From NCBI GenBank assembly GCA_032718475.1, contig JAUCBJ010001857.1, positions 1-36,769 of the forward strand: 36,769 bases of DNA, written 5' to 3'. The stretch is from Nemertoderma westbladi. Taxonomy: Eukaryota; Animalia; Xenacoelomorpha. Positions 34,950-36,769 of the stretch are shown piece by piece; positions within the stretch are counted from its first letter, which is position 1; the number at the start of each line of letters is the position of its first letter. Position numbers and translations under genes: made by a program. The notes below the pieces were generated by a model. It had not been told where the DNA came from and did no database searches. It saw nothing but the letters and a program-made list of their open reading frames with translations.

Positions 34950-36769
34950 ATGTCTGACACTCAGCAAAACCTGTCGGACAGTCTGATCGATACAACTATT
35001 TGTGATTCCGATAGGATTGTGGAGCGAATAAGAGAGGAGTTCGGCTCACCTCCTACTGTAAAAAAGGTCATCCCTCCAGTAGTATCAGACCCTAGGCTAG
35101 TCCACCATAGGTCCATCATAGGCACTCGGGCACAGGTAAAACGGGACCAAGAGGCAGCTGTCCTATCGCAGCAACATCTTGGTCAAGAACCTACTTCCCA
35201 GAGACCAGATAGCTCCAGCAGTTCGGATACTGTAGAGTTGACTCCCGAACATGGAGTGCAGATGGCTGATACAGTCTACTCGGACCCCCTTCTTACTCTT
35301 CCTGCTGCAGTGCTAACTACTATACTCATTGCGGTGGAGGAACATCAAGCTGACTGGGCGAAGAATAAGCAAGCGACCCAAGATAATTACGCGGGATACG
35401 CCAGGGAAGAATTGATATCTATTGTTGAATCACAATGGAACTTTCCCGGACTCGGATTTCCGTTGGATCTGTCCGAGGCTACTTGGGAAGATATACACAG
35501 GATGGGAGTGGCTAAAGATACAATGGATCCAGCTGTTTGGAAGAGGTCGGCAGCAGGATATGTGCAGGGATTCTTCGGATCCTTGGAGCGATTGGAAGAA
35601 CAACTGTTTCGACAACCTCACGGACCTCAAGAGCAGGAAGAACTGCTATATCAAATACGCGAAAGAACCCTACGCATTCGACTAATCCTCTCAGCCTTTG
35701 AGGAAACTTCCAAAAGAAGACAGGACACGTCGCTGCAGGTTGCTGTCAAAACTTGGCTACATCGGGTAGATCTCAAAGTACAGGAAACAGCCCAGTGGAA
35801 ATCCCAGCTGGCTGAGAGATCAACCTATGAGGAACCAACTGATGTCACCGAACCAACTGATGTCACCGAACCAACTGATGTCACCCTTGCTCAAGCGGAA
35901 AGCGAAGAGGCCGCCGAGAAACCGCGAACTAGAGACGCTATCGACATTTATTTGTCCGACTATCAGCGATTCTTAGGAGACGAAGAGTTGAGGAGACGGC
36001 TGGCTGGACTTTCCCCTAATAGTGAAGGAACCAAGCTTGTGTTGGACTCAATCGATGCCGAAATGTTAGCTGCAAACCAAGCTGAATGGGATGAAAAACT
36101 CCGCCTCACTAGAGTCCGAGAAGAACAAATAAAGAAAAGAAGGATAGAGGAACAAAAGGCGGCGGCTATGGCGGCGGCTACGGCAGAAGCAGAAGCCGAA
36201 AGAAAGGCAGTGGCGGCAGAAGCAGCAGCAGAAAGAAAGACAGCAGCGGCAGAAGTAGAAGCAGAAAGAAAGGTGGCAAAGGCAGTGAGAGAAGCAGAAA
36301 GGAGAGCATCTGAGCAGACTACCCAACTGGAGTTGGAGAATCTGCAAGAGACACAAGACAGTATAAATAAACAGTTTACTGCTAATCAAATGCAGATGAT
36401 GAGAAAATCTACTCCCAAGCGCCAGGGGTACACATCATCGGAGGAAGGCGATACTACCGACCCTGAAGGCGGAGGAGATAGATCTCATCTAAGTAGGCGT
36501 AGAAAAACATATTACCGTCGTAAATTGCCTGATTTGCCCCCAGCTGTTAAAAGACAGCTAACTAGCACAGATTTAGGTAGTGCAGAACCTATAGAACAAT
36601 TTATCCAGGTCAAAAGACTCCCTACTATAGTCGATGAACCTGAAATAATTAGGCCTGTAATTCCCAAAGTCACTTCTGTGCTAGAGACCCCTACACTTCC
36701 AGAGCTTAACTCTAAATTCCCTTTACATAGCACTACACTGCCTGTACCCGGTGGAACAGCCCATGCAAA
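34950..36769 (+). CDS. Uninterrupted ORF of at least 606 codons, open at the window edge; probable retroelement Gag-like/ORF1 protein
   Basis: My manual translation: MSDTQQNLSDSLIDTTICDSDRIVERIREEFGSPP..(EPTDVT)x3..EEQKAAAMAAATAEAEAERKAVAAEAAAERK..RRRKTYYRRKLPDLPP..PGGTAHA, with no stop. It is not in the ORF track, presumably because it lacks a stop codon. The ORF is solid; the product call is tentative. Confidence 0.7.
   Translation, partial: MSDTQQNLSDSLIDTTICDSDRIVERIREEFGSPPTVKKVIPPVVSDPRLVHHRSIIGTRAQVKRDQEAAVLSQQHLGQEPTSQRPDSSSSSDTVELTPEHGVQMADTVYSDPLLTLPAAVLTTILIAVEEHQADWAKNKQATQDNYAGYAREELISIVESQWNFPGLGFPLDLSEATWEDIHRMGVAKDTMDPAVWKRSAAGYVQGFFGSLERLEEQLFRQPHGPQEQEELLYQIRERTLRIRLILSAFEETSKRRQDTSLQVAVKTWLHRVDLKVQETAQWKSQLAERSTYEEPTDVTEPTDVTEPTDVTLAQAESEEAAEKPRTRDAIDIYLSDYQRFLGDEELRRRLAGLSPNSEGTKLVLDSIDAEMLAANQAEWDEKLRLTRVREEQIKKRRIEEQKAAAMAAATAEAEAERKAVAAEAAAERKTAAAEVEAERKVAKAVREAERRASEQTTQLELENLQETQDSINKQFTANQMQMMRKSTPKRQGYTSSEEGDTTDPEGGGDRSHLSRRRKTYYRRKLPDLPPAVKRQLTSTDLGSAEPIEQFIQVKRLPTIVDEPEIIRPVIPKVTSVLETPTLPELNSKFPLHSTTLPVPGGTAHA

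Larger units (their letters stand above)
31646..36769 (+). mobile_element. Putative large LTR retrotransposon: candidate long 5' LTR/leader plus Gag-like ORF, running off the right edge
   Basis: Candidate LTR termini TGTAA (31646) and TTACA (34842) enclose 3.2 kb of non-coding DNA with internal tandem duplications. A long intronless ORF starts 108 bp later. No canonical PBS, pol or second LTR is visible, so this is inference. Confidence 0.45.

Noticed and set aside
35422-36733. Short ORFs listed at 35422, 35430, 36066 and 36512
   Set aside because: They are alternative-frame or antisense shadows of the long + strand ORF starting at 34950.

Overview
AT-rich eukaryotic (animal, probably marine invertebrate; inferred) genomic DNA, not prokaryotic. 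The backbone is the internal part of one + strand multi-exon gene. Five symmetrical phase-1/phase-1 exons (3324-3989, 8124-8798, 11955-12629, 24865-25557, 29370-30044) each encode one complete concanavalin-A/LamG-like jelly-roll domain (Laminin_G_3/pentraxin-like). They alternate between two subtypes, A-B-A-B-A, and splice into one open frame of 1128 codons. The gene start and end lie outside the window. A-type exons are being homogenised: exons 3 and 5 are almost identical, and exon 1 vs 3 is a patchwork of near-identical tracts and short divergent islands. The two B-type exons are highly diverged. The introns are packed with mobile DNA: RTE-like LINEs with (TAG)n tails (twice nested antisense in their own family), CR1/L2-group LINE relics, a CRE-like restriction-endonuclease LINE relic, and several non-autonomous TTAA-targeting DNA transposons. 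There is also an internally deleted piggyBac, a 5.6-kb array of a 37-bp satellite (no spacers, not CRISPR), and a >600-codon ORF (34950 to window end) that is missing from the ORF track and is probably the Gag-like ORF of a large LTR element. All domain and family calls come from motif recognition by eye; no database search was run.
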